A stretch of DNA of 64,000 nucleotides from assembly GCA_012799365.1 (NCBI GenBank), contig JAAZLJ010000087.1, positions 393 to 64,392 of the forward strand. The letters run 5' to 3'. Origin of the DNA: Syntrophomonadaceae bacterium. Lineage in GTDB: Bacteria > Bacillota > Syntrophomonadia > Syntrophomonadales > Syntrophothermaceae. Below are positions 24,888 to 34,388 of this stretch, in pieces. The translations under genes and the position numbers were made by a program. The notes under the pieces were generated by a model. The model was not told the DNA's origin and searched no databases. It worked only from the letters and a program-made list of their open reading frames with translations. Each line of letters opens with the position of its first letter. Positions within the stretch are counted from its first letter, which is position 1.

Positions 24888-26429
24888 TTATTCCTGCCTG
24901 ACCCGGTTATCAGGGGAAATGTTTTGAGGGCGCTGCCGCATGGCCCACCAGGGTCGGCGTACCAATGTATCGGAGAGATCTCCCTGGTTGGTGGGGGCCA
25001 GAGGAGACAGGTAAGGGACTCCAAAAGAGGTCATGGAGGCCAGACGGACCAGGAGCATGATGAGTCCGATCATGATACCGAAATAACCCAGGAAACCGGC
25101 CAATATGAGCATGGGGAACCGGGCGATGCGTATAGCCATACCAGCGTTATAAGCCGGAAAAATAAAGGAAGCGATACCGGTGAAGGCTACCACCACCACC
25201 ATGGGAGTGGAGACCAGGCCGGCTGAGACGGCTGCATCTCCAATTACCAGGGCTCCTACGATGCTTATCGCGGGACCAATGGCCCGGGGCATGCGAATTC
25301 CGGCTTCGCGGAGGAATTCGAAGGTTATTTCCATCATTAATGCCTCTACCAGGGCGGGGAATGGCACTCCTTCCCTGGAAGCGGCTATGGTTAAAAGCAG
25401 AGGAGTGGGGATCATTTCCTGATGGTAGGTAATGGTAGCCACGTAAAGCGAGGGGAGCAGGAGTGTAATCAGAAAAGCCAATTGCCGCAGCAAACGAATC
25501 AGGCTGGCAGGAACATAACGCGAATAATAGTCTTCTGGAGAAATCCAGAACTGGGGCAGAGTGGCGGGTACCACCATGGCCCAGGGGGAACCGTCCACCA
25601 TCAGGGCCACTCTACCTTCCAGGAGGTGGGCTACCACTCGGTCTGGGCGCTCGGTATGTTCTGCCTGGGGGAAGACGGAATAGTGGTGGTCTTCCATAAG
25701 TTCTTCCAGGTAATTGGTATCCAATACCCCGTCGATATCTATCTTTTCCAACCGATTCTTCACTTCCTGAATTAGTGATTCATCGGCCACTCCTTTTATG
25801 TAACAGATGATGGTATTGGTTTTGGTATACCTACCTATGGAAATGGATTCTATTTTAAAGCAGTTAGTTTTCAGCCGCCGCCGCAGCAGCGCGGTATTGA
25901 TCCGAAGGGTTTCATTAAACCCTTCGTTGGGCCCCTTGACGATAACCTCTTGATCCGGGCTTTCTACCGGTCTTCCCTGCCAGTACCTGATGCCAGCTAC
26001 CAGGCCCTGATTATACCCGTCAATTATCAACACGCCATCACCGGAAGCGATATGTTGCATAACTTCTTCGAAAGTGTCGCACTCCAGCAGGTCAGTTACT
26101 GCCAACAAACGATCTCGGGTGTTTTCATAAATGTTACCTGCTTGCGTTTCGACGGCGTCTTCTATCTGATCCATTTCCAGCATAAGGGGGTAAAGAATCG
26201 AGGCTTCCGCTTCGGTCTTGGATACCAAACCGTCAAAATAGACGAGGAGTGCGTCGGTGTCTCTATCCTTACCGAATTTGAACTTCCTCATCACCGCATC
26301 GGAACAGCCCTGCAGGAGCTGTTCCAGGTATGTATGGTTGGTTTGCAGGTCATAGGCCAGGCTCTGAGTCAGTATCTGAGCATCGGTAAGTGGTTCTTCC
26401 GGCTGTCCCTTTGGGGGTAAGTAGCGCAT
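24888..26429 (-). CDS. Spore germination protein, A subunit (GerAA/GerKA family)
   Basis: Soluble N-terminal domain plus a C-terminal TM domain with ...REGVPFPALVEALMMEITFE...GDAAVSAGL...FGVPYLSPLAP; RBS GGAGGGAAC. Confidence 0.92.
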   Translation of the reverse strand: MRYLPPKGQPEEPLTDAQILTQSLAYDLQTNHTYLEQLLQGCSDAVMRKFKFGKDRDTDALLVYFDGLVSKTEAEASILYPLMLEMDQIEDAVETQAGNIYENTRDRLLAVTDLLECDTFEEVMQHIASGDGVLIIDGYNQGLVAGIRYWQGRPVESPDQEVIVKGPNEGFNETLRINTALLRRRLKTNCFKIESISIGRYTKTNTIICYIKGVADESLIQEVKNRLEKIDIDGVLDTNYLEELMEDHHYSVFPQAEHTERPDRVVAHLLEGRVALMVDGSPWAMVVPATLPQFWISPEDYYSRYVPASLIRLLRQLAFLITLLLPSLYVATITYHQEMIPTPLLLTIAASREGVPFPALVEALMMEITFEFLREAGIRMPRAIGPAISIVGALVIGDAAVSAGLVSTPMVVVVAFTGIASFIFPAYNAGMAIRIARFPMLILAGFLGYFGIMIGLIMLLVRLASMTSFGVPYLSPLAPTNQGDLSDTLVRRPWWAMRQRPQNISPDNRVRQE

Positions 26430-26540
26430 GGTTCCCTCCTTTCTGTGTACAGTTTTGGCGTAAAATGTAAACTATATGCATACAAAGACAGGTATAATGA
26501 TAAGTAGTGGTGCGTGAGGTGGATGGCTTTGATGAATAGA

Positions 26541-26572
26541 TTTGAAACCGCAGATGAATGCTGATGGACGGA
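26541..26572 (+). repeat. Repeat module A copy in the divergent promoter region
   Basis: 26542-26570 is identical over 29 nt to 11608-11636. Confidence 0.9.
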
Positions 26573-26632
26573 TCTGTATAGCACAGCCCAAGAAACCTGT
26601 TCGCACCTGGTTTACGTAGGGAGAAGATTTTC

Positions 26633-27322
26633 ATGAGACCGATTCTACGAAAAATTACCGATGGAGTACCCCTGAAGGCGGGGGAATATGAACGTTTGCT
26701 GGCATACATCGAAGAATTGCGCCAGGTGGGTGGGGATTCTTACCGGGTTTTTCGGGAAAATTATGGTACCAAGCTAGGACGGGATTATGGCTTTTATCTG
26801 AGCCGCTATTCCGCCGGGGGTGCGGATCTGGTGGAATACCTGGCCGCCAACCCATCGGTGGTGAGAGCGATGCAGGAAGAACCGGTACCGGTGGCTAGTT
26901 TTCCTCCCTGGTTGCGGGATTATCTCCTGAACGAATACGGGCTATACCTGAAGGCAGGTCAGATCGGTGACCTCCTGAGTTGGCTGCGGCGGGAGCGGAT
27001 TACGGCGGTCGGCCTGCCTCGGGGACGGGAAGGCGAGGCAGTGCTGGTGTATGAAGAGGGTAATCCCTATAAGGAAACCGGGTTAAAACAGCATTTTGAA
27101 AATATTGCCCGCCGTAGCTTTGTGACCCGGGTGGTAAGTATACGCTACCTGACCAGGAATAAGGCGCGGGCTGATGGCTTTAAGGTTCGAGGTGATGACT
27201 GCTTATCAGGCATTTTTACCAATCGGGAAAAATCGATTTACTACCTGGTCTATTTGACCGAGGCTGATGCCGGTAAAGCGGAAAATGCGTGCAAGCTGCT
27301 GAATCAAGTTTTTTACGGGTAA
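26633..27322 (+). CDS. Hypothetical protein, gene 1 of the Hsp70-associated operon
   Basis: 229 aa; ATG after GGGAGAAG. Long ORF with coding-like composition. No motif I recognise. Confidence 0.7.
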   Translation: MRPILRKITDGVPLKAGEYERLLAYIEELRQVGGDSYRVFRENYGTKLGRDYGFYLSRYSAGGADLVEYLAANPSVVRAMQEEPVPVASFPPWLRDYLLNEYGLYLKAGQIGDLLSWLRRERITAVGLPRGREGEAVLVYEEGNPYKETGLKQHFENIARRSFVTRVVSIRYLTRNKARADGFKVRGDDCLSGIFTNREKSIYYLVYLTEADAGKAENACKLLNQVFYG

Positions 27323-27398
27323 TTCGTTAGTCAAGTATGGAGGTTAAATAATAGTTTTTGCAGTGGGATCAACTAATAAATAATTGGGGTGAAGGCTG

Positions 27399-28871
27399 AT
27401 GTCGTCCGGTATTGCCGGGATTATTGAGAAACTTAATAAGAGCAGTGGAAAAGATATTTTCTTATATTGGGAAGGGGAAATTCAGGCCCGGAAACAGGTG
27501 CGAGAAGCCAGAACCTGGGAAGAACTGAGCGGAATCGAGCCGGAGCGGGAAACCATCGACTTTTTATTTCGCGCTTTTTTCCCTACCGCCCGGCGCAACT
27601 GGTTCTATCGTTATCTGCTGATAAATTCCCATACCATGCCGGTGATTCGCTGGTTGATGTCCTGCCCTCGGGGAATCAAGATGGATTTTCTGACCCGGTT
27701 ACCGCTGCTGCTGCAGGCGATGCCCGGGCAAAATCTGGATTTCCTGATAAATATCTATACCAGTTCTTTACAGGAGGTTTATCGCCGCATTTTGTTGGGT
27801 TTGAATCAGGAAACGGTTTCTCATCTGATGGGACGAACTGCGAACCCGGAGCTGCGGCGGCTGTTGCGTGAACGGCGGGAGCAGCTGCAGGCAGAACGTC
27901 AAAAGGCTCATATGGGTCTGGACCTGGAGGCTATTCGAGTTCCCGGGTGGGAGAGTTTCTATGGTAATAAGGTGGAATTAGGGCAGGAGGTTCTGGCTGT
28001 TTTGCAGGAGGCCAGGGTAGATAATTTCGCCCATCCGTACAGCGGTGAACGCTTGACGGTTTTGGTGCGAGCGGTGGAAGCCCTGTATTGCCTGGGCTGG
28101 GTACAGGACAGCCTGGTACTCCTGGTGGAAACCTACCAGGATTTCATGGCCCGCAGCCGCCTGCCGGATCCAGCGACCGCGCAGGCCTTGTACCGTGACC
28201 TGGATGGGATGGCCCGAATGCTGATCCCCATCTACTGTTTGTTGGAATATCCTACCGAACCGGGGAGACGAGCCCGGGAAATATATCGATGGTCTTTACC
28301 CCAGCTTATGTACGAGGAAGCTTCGGTGGCCTATCTGGATTTTCTGGTGGGGCTGCCGCGGGTGGGTTCTACGGGTGTTTTACACCTGCAGGCGGAGGTA
28401 AGGGGTTTCTGTGAACTGGTGGGCCACTCACGAATAGATGATGAATTTATTCGTATCCTGCAGGCGGAGGAGCTGGACAGTTCTGATTTATCAAGGTTGG
28501 CAGCAATAGCCCGCGAAAGGCTTAAGTCCCGGCCCCATGAGACTTTTGTTATCCTGGAATTGGTTCGGGGCCTGGTGGCTAAAGGCCGGGTGGAAGTCGG
28601 ACCCGGGTGGAGTGAGGAATTGTTCCAGACTTATCTGGAACTGTGGCACTGGATTCCTTCCCGGATATTTCTCAACCAGATTTTGTTGGACAGCCTGACT
28701 CCCGGGCTGGGTGTTGAGTGGCGGCGGCAGGTATCCCAGGTGCGGGAGTGGTTAAGTCGAGAGCCAAACCAGATATTAGAATTCTACCGTGATAAGCCGG
28801 ATCTGGCCAGAACTCAAGGCAGCCTGGTGGCTCTGGAAACGGTGTTTGGTAAACTACTGGGGGTACAATAA
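27399..28871 (+). CDS. Hypothetical helical protein, gene 2 of the Hsp70-associated operon
   Basis: 490 aa; ATG after GGGGTGAAGG. Its stop overlaps the next start (TAATG). No P-loop or HPD motif. Confidence 0.75.
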   Translation: MSSGIAGIIEKLNKSSGKDIFLYWEGEIQARKQVREARTWEELSGIEPERETIDFLFRAFFPTARRNWFYRYLLINSHTMPVIRWLMSCPRGIKMDFLTRLPLLLQAMPGQNLDFLINIYTSSLQEVYRRILLGLNQETVSHLMGRTANPELRRLLRERREQLQAERQKAHMGLDLEAIRVPGWESFYGNKVELGQEVLAVLQEARVDNFAHPYSGERLTVLVRAVEALYCLGWVQDSLVLLVETYQDFMARSRLPDPATAQALYRDLDGMARMLIPIYCLLEYPTEPGRRAREIYRWSLPQLMYEEASVAYLDFLVGLPRVGSTGVLHLQAEVRGFCELVGHSRIDDEFIRILQAEELDSSDLSRLAAIARERLKSRPHETFVILELVRGLVAKGRVEVGPGWSEELFQTYLELWHWIPSRIFLNQILLDSLTPGLGVEWRRQVSQVREWLSREPNQILEFYRDKPDLARTQGSLVALETVFGKLLGVQ

Positions 28872-30523
28872 TGGATGATAAATCACTGTCACAATTAAAT
28901 GAGCATTATGAGCAGATGCTGGAAGCTTTCCTGAAGGAAATTCAGCGGGAATGTGAACGGCAGGCAGTCGAGTTTGGTTACTCTGATCTGACACCGGAAG
29001 GTAGCATTATACCGACCGAGGTGTGGGAAGATTACCTGCATGAGGTTAATTCTTTCTATTATCGTAGTTTTCACCAGGGATTTTTTCCAGCTTACCGGGA
29101 TACGGTTAAAGCGGAAACGGCGGAGATCTACCAGGTCAGTCGGCAGGTGGATACCCTGCGGGAAGAAATAGCCAATAATCTTATCCGCTATGCTCAATTA
29201 TACAACCGCCTGAAGCATTTAATTCAGGTTCTGAGGGGACTGGTGGGAGAGGTTGAAGAACGGCAGGTGGAGTTGGAGCAGTCGCGTGAAGGGGTGTATC
29301 ACTTCCTTTACCAGTCGCTGGTGGAACTGCAGGAAGCGGTGGGGGAATTGCAGGGGTGGTACAGCAGTCTGGAGAAGCTGTGGGCCGAGCCGCATTGTCT
29401 GGAACTGGTCGCACGGTATGTAGAGTTACAGCTCTTGCTGCGTGATAGGGAAGTAGACGAGTCCCCGGATTTGGATACCGGACATCGGGATGCGGTGGGA
29501 CGTTGGTTGGCTGTTATGGCAAATAGTGCGGAGGCTTTGCAGGTTTTAGCGCAGGAAGCGGATGCCATGTTACCGGAGGAAGTGGGTAAAAGCTGGCAGG
29601 CCATAGCTAACGACCTGTTCCGTGTACCGGTGGGAGTACCGGGTTTTGTGGAGGATTTTATCCACTACGGGTTGGTACCCAGACTGCAGGCAGAGGTAGC
29701 ATTGGTAGGATTACGCTTAAAATTAAGGATGTTAGATTCAGACCAGGCTTTGGTAGAAGATGATGAGGAAGGTTTTCTAGAAGTCAGAGATTATGTGGCT
29801 TCTATCCAGCCTGTATTGGAACGTATCCTGGCTTTAAGACGCGACTTGCGGTGCCGGGAGCTGATGGCTCAGCCTGGTTATGTCGAACCGGCGGATATGG
29901 AGAAAATTCAGAGTATGTCCCGGCTGCTGCGCGAATTTGAGTGTGAATTAGGAAATGGGGCAGAAAAGCTGCGCCAGGGCAGGGATTTGAATCCACGAGA
30001 ACTGGAGCAGGTCGCTGAAGCTGCGGTCTTTCGGTTTGAAAAGGAGCTAACTCGACGGATGGGGCGGGCAGAGTTTAAAGTCCCCATGCGATTACAGTTA
30101 GAAAACGAAGGGTTCCGGGGGCGGCTGTCTTTGTTTGCGGTAAAGTTCTGGTATTACCGGGAGCAGTTGGAGCACAGTCTGCAGGAGATAGATCGATACC
30201 GGCATCTAACCGATTTGCTGCGCCGACACGGGGAGATTTTTGATGTTCTTCAGGATGATCTCGAGCTGTTGTTATCTCCACGCAGTCTGCGCCGGGCCTG
30301 GGGAGACCTTACGGTGGAAGTGAATCGGTATCCGCTGATACGGGGAGAGCAGCTGCCGTCGGAATGTGTTCACTTGTTGGAGGAAGGTCGTATCGAACGT
30401 AGACTGGTACCGGAGAAGGAATACCTGACGGTGTTGGAGGAAAAAGGTGATCTGTTTCGGGTGGAGGTAGATGGGCTGGTTCGGTGGGAGATACCTCATC
30501 TGGTGGTAGGAATGAAGGAGTAG
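28871..30523 (+). CDS. Hypothetical coiled-coil-like protein, gene 3 of the Hsp70-associated operon
   Basis: 550 aa, rich in E, L, R and Q. Start overlaps the gene 2 stop. Its stop TAG abuts the gene 4 GTG. Confidence 0.75.
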   Translation: MDDKSLSQLNEHYEQMLEAFLKEIQRECERQAVEFGYSDLTPEGSIIPTEVWEDYLHEVNSFYYRSFHQGFFPAYRDTVKAETAEIYQVSRQVDTLREEIANNLIRYAQLYNRLKHLIQVLRGLVGEVEERQVELEQSREGVYHFLYQSLVELQEAVGELQGWYSSLEKLWAEPHCLELVARYVELQLLLRDREVDESPDLDTGHRDAVGRWLAVMANSAEALQVLAQEADAMLPEEVGKSWQAIANDLFRVPVGVPGFVEDFIHYGLVPRLQAEVALVGLRLKLRMLDSDQALVEDDEEGFLEVRDYVASIQPVLERILALRRDLRCRELMAQPGYVEPADMEKIQSMSRLLREFECELGNGAEKLRQGRDLNPRELEQVAEAAVFRFEKELTRRMGRAEFKVPMRLQLENEGFRGRLSLFAVKFWYYREQLEHSLQEIDRYRHLTDLLRRHGEIFDVLQDDLELLLSPRSLRRAWGDLTVEVNRYPLIRGEQLPSECVHLLEEGRIERRLVPEKEYLTVLEEKGDLFRVEVDGLVRWEIPHLVVGMKE

Positions 30524-32281
30524 GTGATAGGTGTGCACCTGGGTATTGATCTGGGTACCAGCAGTATTAAAATGGGTATGATCGACCGGCAAGGTCGCTT
30601 TATAAATTTATTGGGAGCGGGAAGGATGATTCCTACAGTGGCGGTTTATGTACCCCGCACCGATCGGTTGTATTTTGGGTCAGAGGCTGTGGGCCTGCGC
30701 GAGCCGGGGATGGAAGCAGGGAAGTTCTTCAAGGTGGAGATCAAGCGCAACCCGGGTTACCATCTGGGACCATTTAATTTAACCGAGATTATAACGCAGT
30801 TGCTAAAATGGCTTTACCAGCAGTATGTGGCGAAAAAGGCAGAACCCGTGCAGACGGTTAACATCGGGATACCGAACTATTTTGGGTTAAAAGCGCGCCA
30901 GGTGGTATTGGCGGCGGCCCACACCGTTTTTTCTGGGGTTCCCATCCGGTTGGTGCCGGAGCCTCTGGCGGCTCTGGTAGGGTTGTTACGGGAGTGGGTG
31001 GTAGGGGACCAGGCTTCCTTGATGGGTAACCTGATGGTGGTGGATATTGGCGGTGGTACGGCTGATGTTAGTTTTGTTCATCTGAGCCGGTCGGAGGGAA
31101 CCCGGGCCATTCTGGAGGCTCATTTGCAGAGTGGCAGCGACGTTTTCAGTGGAGCCGAGGTAGATAAGGCTGTTCTGAGGCAGGTGTTGATACCGCGGTT
31201 TGAGTTGGAGACCGGGCAGCGTATTGCCTCCCATCTGAAAAAGGAAAAGGGTATACAGGGTGGGGAGGGGTACCGGTACGCCAGGATGTTGAGCCGGGCG
31301 GAAGAGATTAAAATTGGTTTGGCTGAAAAAGATGAGATACGGGTTGATATACCCGATTTCTATCGAGGCAGGTCGTTGAATACTGTTTTGATGCAGGAAG
31401 ATATGAGACCAGCCCTGGACAGCACGCTGCGTACCCTCAGGCAGTTTATAAAAAGTGAGGTTAGAGACCGTGCCCGGCAGGCGGGTCTCTATAACCGGGG
31501 TTGCTGGCAGTTTGACCAGGTGGTTTTGATGGGAGGTGCTTCCCGGTTGCCGGGCGTAAGGGAGGTGTTGGCGGAATTGGGAGTGAAGATACTGCAGCCC
31601 CGGGAACCCGAGTTTTATGTGGTCCGGGGATTGAGTGCTCTGGTTGGTTCCAGTGACGGTCCGGGTGGTCTGGAGATGAGAGTCATTTTCCCATTCCGTT
31701 TCTATATTGAGAAGCGGAAAACTGGGAAGTTTGATTCCCGTGTCCTGGAAGCTATTTCTTTCGATACCGCGAACCTGGAGCTGGATCCGGACGGAATCTA
31801 CCGCTTATTTTCGGTTCCTTTTGATTCTGCCTACAATCTGGGCCGGGAGGATGAACGGTTCGAAATCAGGGTGTATCAGGGCGAAGAGGGTGGAGAAGAA
31901 GCGGTTGATAGGATCAGAATTGACAATGAATCTCTGGTATTGGACTTTTCTGCCCGTCGGGAAGATATAGAAGGTGAGATGGTAGATATCTACCTGGACC
32001 TGGGGGCTTCCTGCCTGCGTACCAGCCGGGAGAAGGAAGCCGAACAGCCGGGGAAAGTGGAGAGGGATGGTAAGCGCTTATGGCAGGAGGCGCTTGGCCG
32101 TCAGGAGTCAACTACGGCTGCAGCCCGGTATCTGCAGGGGCAAGGTGCCCACCCGGCGCTCAATAATTTTGCCGAACGTCTGCAGGTTTTAAAAGAGGGT
32201 TCCCCCTATCAGAATTACGATGATTTTATGGTGGCCAAACTGCTGGCTTTCTTTGAGGTTCTGACCCATGAAAAGAAGTAG
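30524..32281 (+). CDS. Divergent Hsp70 family ATPase (non-DnaK paralog)
   Basis: GIDLGTSSIKMG, EPLAALVG, VVDIGGGTADVS and LMGGASRLPGV. C-terminal FEIRVYQGEEG...DIYLDLGASCLRTS resembles a degenerate SBD-beta. GTG at 30524 or 30533 after GAAGGAG. Confidence 0.85.
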   Translation: MIGVHLGIDLGTSSIKMGMIDRQGRFINLLGAGRMIPTVAVYVPRTDRLYFGSEAVGLREPGMEAGKFFKVEIKRNPGYHLGPFNLTEIITQLLKWLYQQYVAKKAEPVQTVNIGIPNYFGLKARQVVLAAAHTVFSGVPIRLVPEPLAALVGLLREWVVGDQASLMGNLMVVDIGGGTADVSFVHLSRSEGTRAILEAHLQSGSDVFSGAEVDKAVLRQVLIPRFELETGQRIASHLKKEKGIQGGEGYRYARMLSRAEEIKIGLAEKDEIRVDIPDFYRGRSLNTVLMQEDMRPALDSTLRTLRQFIKSEVRDRARQAGLYNRGCWQFDQVVLMGGASRLPGVREVLAELGVKILQPREPEFYVVRGLSALVGSSDGPGGLEMRVIFPFRFYIEKRKTGKFDSRVLEAISFDTANLELDPDGIYRLFSVPFDSAYNLGREDERFEIRVYQGEEGGEEAVDRIRIDNESLVLDFSARREDIEGEMVDIYLDLGASCLRTSREKEAEQPGKVERDGKRLWQEALGRQESTTAAARYLQGQGAHPALNNFAERLQVLKEGSPYQNYDDFMVAKLLAFFEVLTHEKK

Positions 32282-32395
32282 GAAGTCGAAGATAGTAATA
32301 GAGTGCATAAAATCGATGGTATCAGGGTGTTGGCATGTAAATGGTACATTCCCTTCAGGGTTGTTTTAATTTTTGGCGTTATCATAATATTTAGT

Positions 32396-32432
32396 GTATG
32401 TTGCGTCTAATGGCTCATCTGCGGTTTCAATT
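32396..32432 (-). repeat. Repeat module A copy, reverse orientation, overlapping the rhomboid stop codon
   Basis: ATCTGCGGTTTCAA at 32417-32430, preceded by TTGCGTCTAATGGCTC. Confidence 0.85.
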
Positions 32433-33068
32433 TTCCCGAGGACGGAGGAAGAAACGGTGGAGCAGCATGCCGGCGGCGAAGCCTCCTATGTGGGCCCAGA
32501 AAGCAATTTGGGAGGCGCCTTCGGCAGCGAAGAGTGCCATCGTGCCAGATGCGAGCTGGCTCAAGGCCCAGAATCCCAGGTAGATAACGGCAGGTAGTTC
32601 TACAAAGTAGAAGAATACGAATACGGGTATCAGGGTTAAGACGCGAGCGCGGGGGAAGAGCAGGAGATAGGCACCCATTACTCCCGCCAGGGCCCCGGAA
32701 GCACCTACGGTGGGAATGGTGGAACCGGGATAGACGAAATAATGAGTCAGGGCGGCTACGATACCGCAGAGCAGGTAAAACAGCAAAAAACGTAAAGGGC
32801 CCATGCGGTCTTCTACGTTGTTACCAAAAAGGAACAGGGCCCACATGTTACCGATGATATGCATCCAGCCGCCGTGGAGGAACATGGAACTAAAGATAGT
32901 GGTGAGGTTAAGCCGGGCAGGGATAAGACCATAGGTATAAAAGAGGTTTTCCAATTGGTCGTGGGGAAGGCCCAGTTCGTGGAAGAATACCAGAGCATTA
33001 AGAATGATGATAGTCCACATAATGAGGGGAAAACGTTCCCCGGGAACATTGTCACGCAGCGGGATCAT
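32427..33068 (-). CDS. Rhomboid family intramembrane serine protease
   Basis: HGGWMHIIGNM and GASGALAG motifs; six TM segments. Confidence 0.88.
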   Translation of the reverse strand: MIPLRDNVPGERFPLIMWTIIILNALVFFHELGLPHDQLENLFYTYGLIPARLNLTTIFSSMFLHGGWMHIIGNMWALFLFGNNVEDRMGPLRFLLFYLLCGIVAALTHYFVYPGSTIPTVGASGALAGVMGAYLLLFPRARVLTLIPVFVFFYFVELPAVIYLGFWALSQLASGTMALFAAEGASQIAFWAHIGGFAAGMLLHRFFLRPREN

Positions 33069-33193
33069 ACCATATCCAGCCTTTCATCGTTATAAACCGA
33101 TTATATCATGCCCGGGTGAGACGGCAACTATAACTATTATACGGTTGCGAGTTGGGGACGGTTTTTACCTTAAATGCCAGGCAAGAATCGTCC

Positions 33194-34255
33194 CTAATTT
33201 ACATCAGGAGAGGGGATGCGACGGGATAAGTCTTCTATCCGCTTGAGCACGGATTCCTTCCAACTGCCTTCCAGCAGCTGAGGTTGGGAGTTGGAGATAT
33301 AGACGGGGAGCAATTCGATGTCTTTAACTCCGTCAGGAGTCAGGGTACACTTCATAATCAACCCGGTTTTGGTTTTCTCTCGCTTGAGGTCAAAAACGAA
33401 GTTTCCCAGGCTGTAGAAGATGACTCCGGACTTATATTTCTCTATTCCCTGCAGGCAGTGGGGGTGATGGCCCAGAACCAGGTGGGCGCCGCTGTCTACT
33501 GCCAGACGGGCGGATTCCATCTGAGGCTGACTGGGGAGGTCTTTGTATTCCTGGCCGAAATGGAGGGAGACTACCACTATGTCGGCCATTTTTTTTGCTC
33601 GTTTGATATCTTCGACCAGGTAGTTATTTTCCAGAGGAGCGATGCCGGGTTCGTCAGCTGTGGCTCTGAACATGGGATGAAGCTTGCTCCAAATAAAAGA
33701 GAAGTCACAGTAGGAGAGGAAGGCGATGCGCAGGCCATTTTTGGTGATGATGACTGGTTTACGTGCTTCTTCCAGGTTGGGACCGGCACCGGAATAGAGA
33801 ATTTTGTTCTGCGTAAGGTTTTCGATAGTGTCCAGGAGTACAGGCTTATCGCAGTCACACGCGTGGTTATTGGCCAGAGAAACGATATCGATGCCGGCGT
33901 ATTTCAAGCCTTCGACTGCTTCTGGATTAGGAGCAAACAGGCTATGACGCTGAAATTCTTTATCGGGCAGCCCCAGAGGGGATTCCAGGTTGGCGAAGGT
34001 GATATCGGCTTTTTTCAGGATTTCGGCTGTGTGGACAAATGGGTAGCTGGAACCCTGATTTTGCATGGTTTCGGCAACATTTCTGCCCACCATTATATCT
34101 CCTACTGCTGCCAGGGTTACTTCGTTTTTTCGTGCCAGTCTCAGATTAAACCCCAGGGCCGAGGTAAAGAGTCCGGCTATCAACAGGACGACCAGAACTA
34201 CTCCGCTCACCCGCAGGTAGGTTCGAGGTATATACAAGAAAATCACTGTGCCCAT
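33194..34255 (-). CDS. CapA/PGA_cap family metallophosphatase-like protein
   Basis: N-terminal TM segment; AAVGDIMVGRN, NLESP, SLANNHA and GHHPH motifs. Confidence 0.85.
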   Translation of the reverse strand: MGTVIFLYIPRTYLRVSGVVLVVLLIAGLFTSALGFNLRLARKNEVTLAAVGDIMVGRNVAETMQNQGSSYPFVHTAEILKKADITFANLESPLGLPDKEFQRHSLFAPNPEAVEGLKYAGIDIVSLANNHACDCDKPVLLDTIENLTQNKILYSGAGPNLEEARKPVIITKNGLRIAFLSYCDFSFIWSKLHPMFRATADEPGIAPLENNYLVEDIKRAKKMADIVVVSLHFGQEYKDLPSQPQMESARLAVDSGAHLVLGHHPHCLQGIEKYKSGVIFYSLGNFVFDLKREKTKTGLIMKCTLTPDGVKDIELLPVYISNSQPQLLEGSWKESVLKRIEDLSRRIPSPDVN

Positions 34256-34388
34256 CTCCTTGGTTTTTGTAAATTGTATGGGTGGGGCATAATAATTATG
34301 AACCTGTTATCCCTGGGGTGGGCGAATAAAACATAGAGCTAAAGAAACGGGTAAAAGATATACTTATAAATAAGAGGAGGTGGTTGGC

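Noticed and set aside
26479-26498. CATACA and TATAAT hexamers as sigma-E or sigma-A -10 elements for the Hsp70-associated operon
   Set aside because: No acceptable -35 partner lies at the right spacing. This cannot be supported without transcription start data.
27467-27871. 134-aa alternative-frame ORF within operon gene 2
   Set aside because: It is fully nested in the longer 490-aa frame, which has an RBS and is translationally coupled to the next gene. The product is Gly/Ala/Arg-rich and looks like an out-of-frame translation.
33284-34336. 350-aa plus-strand ORF
   Set aside because: It is exactly antisense to the well-supported CapA-family gene (33194-34255). It has no RBS or start context and no recognisable motifs, so it is a shadow ORF.
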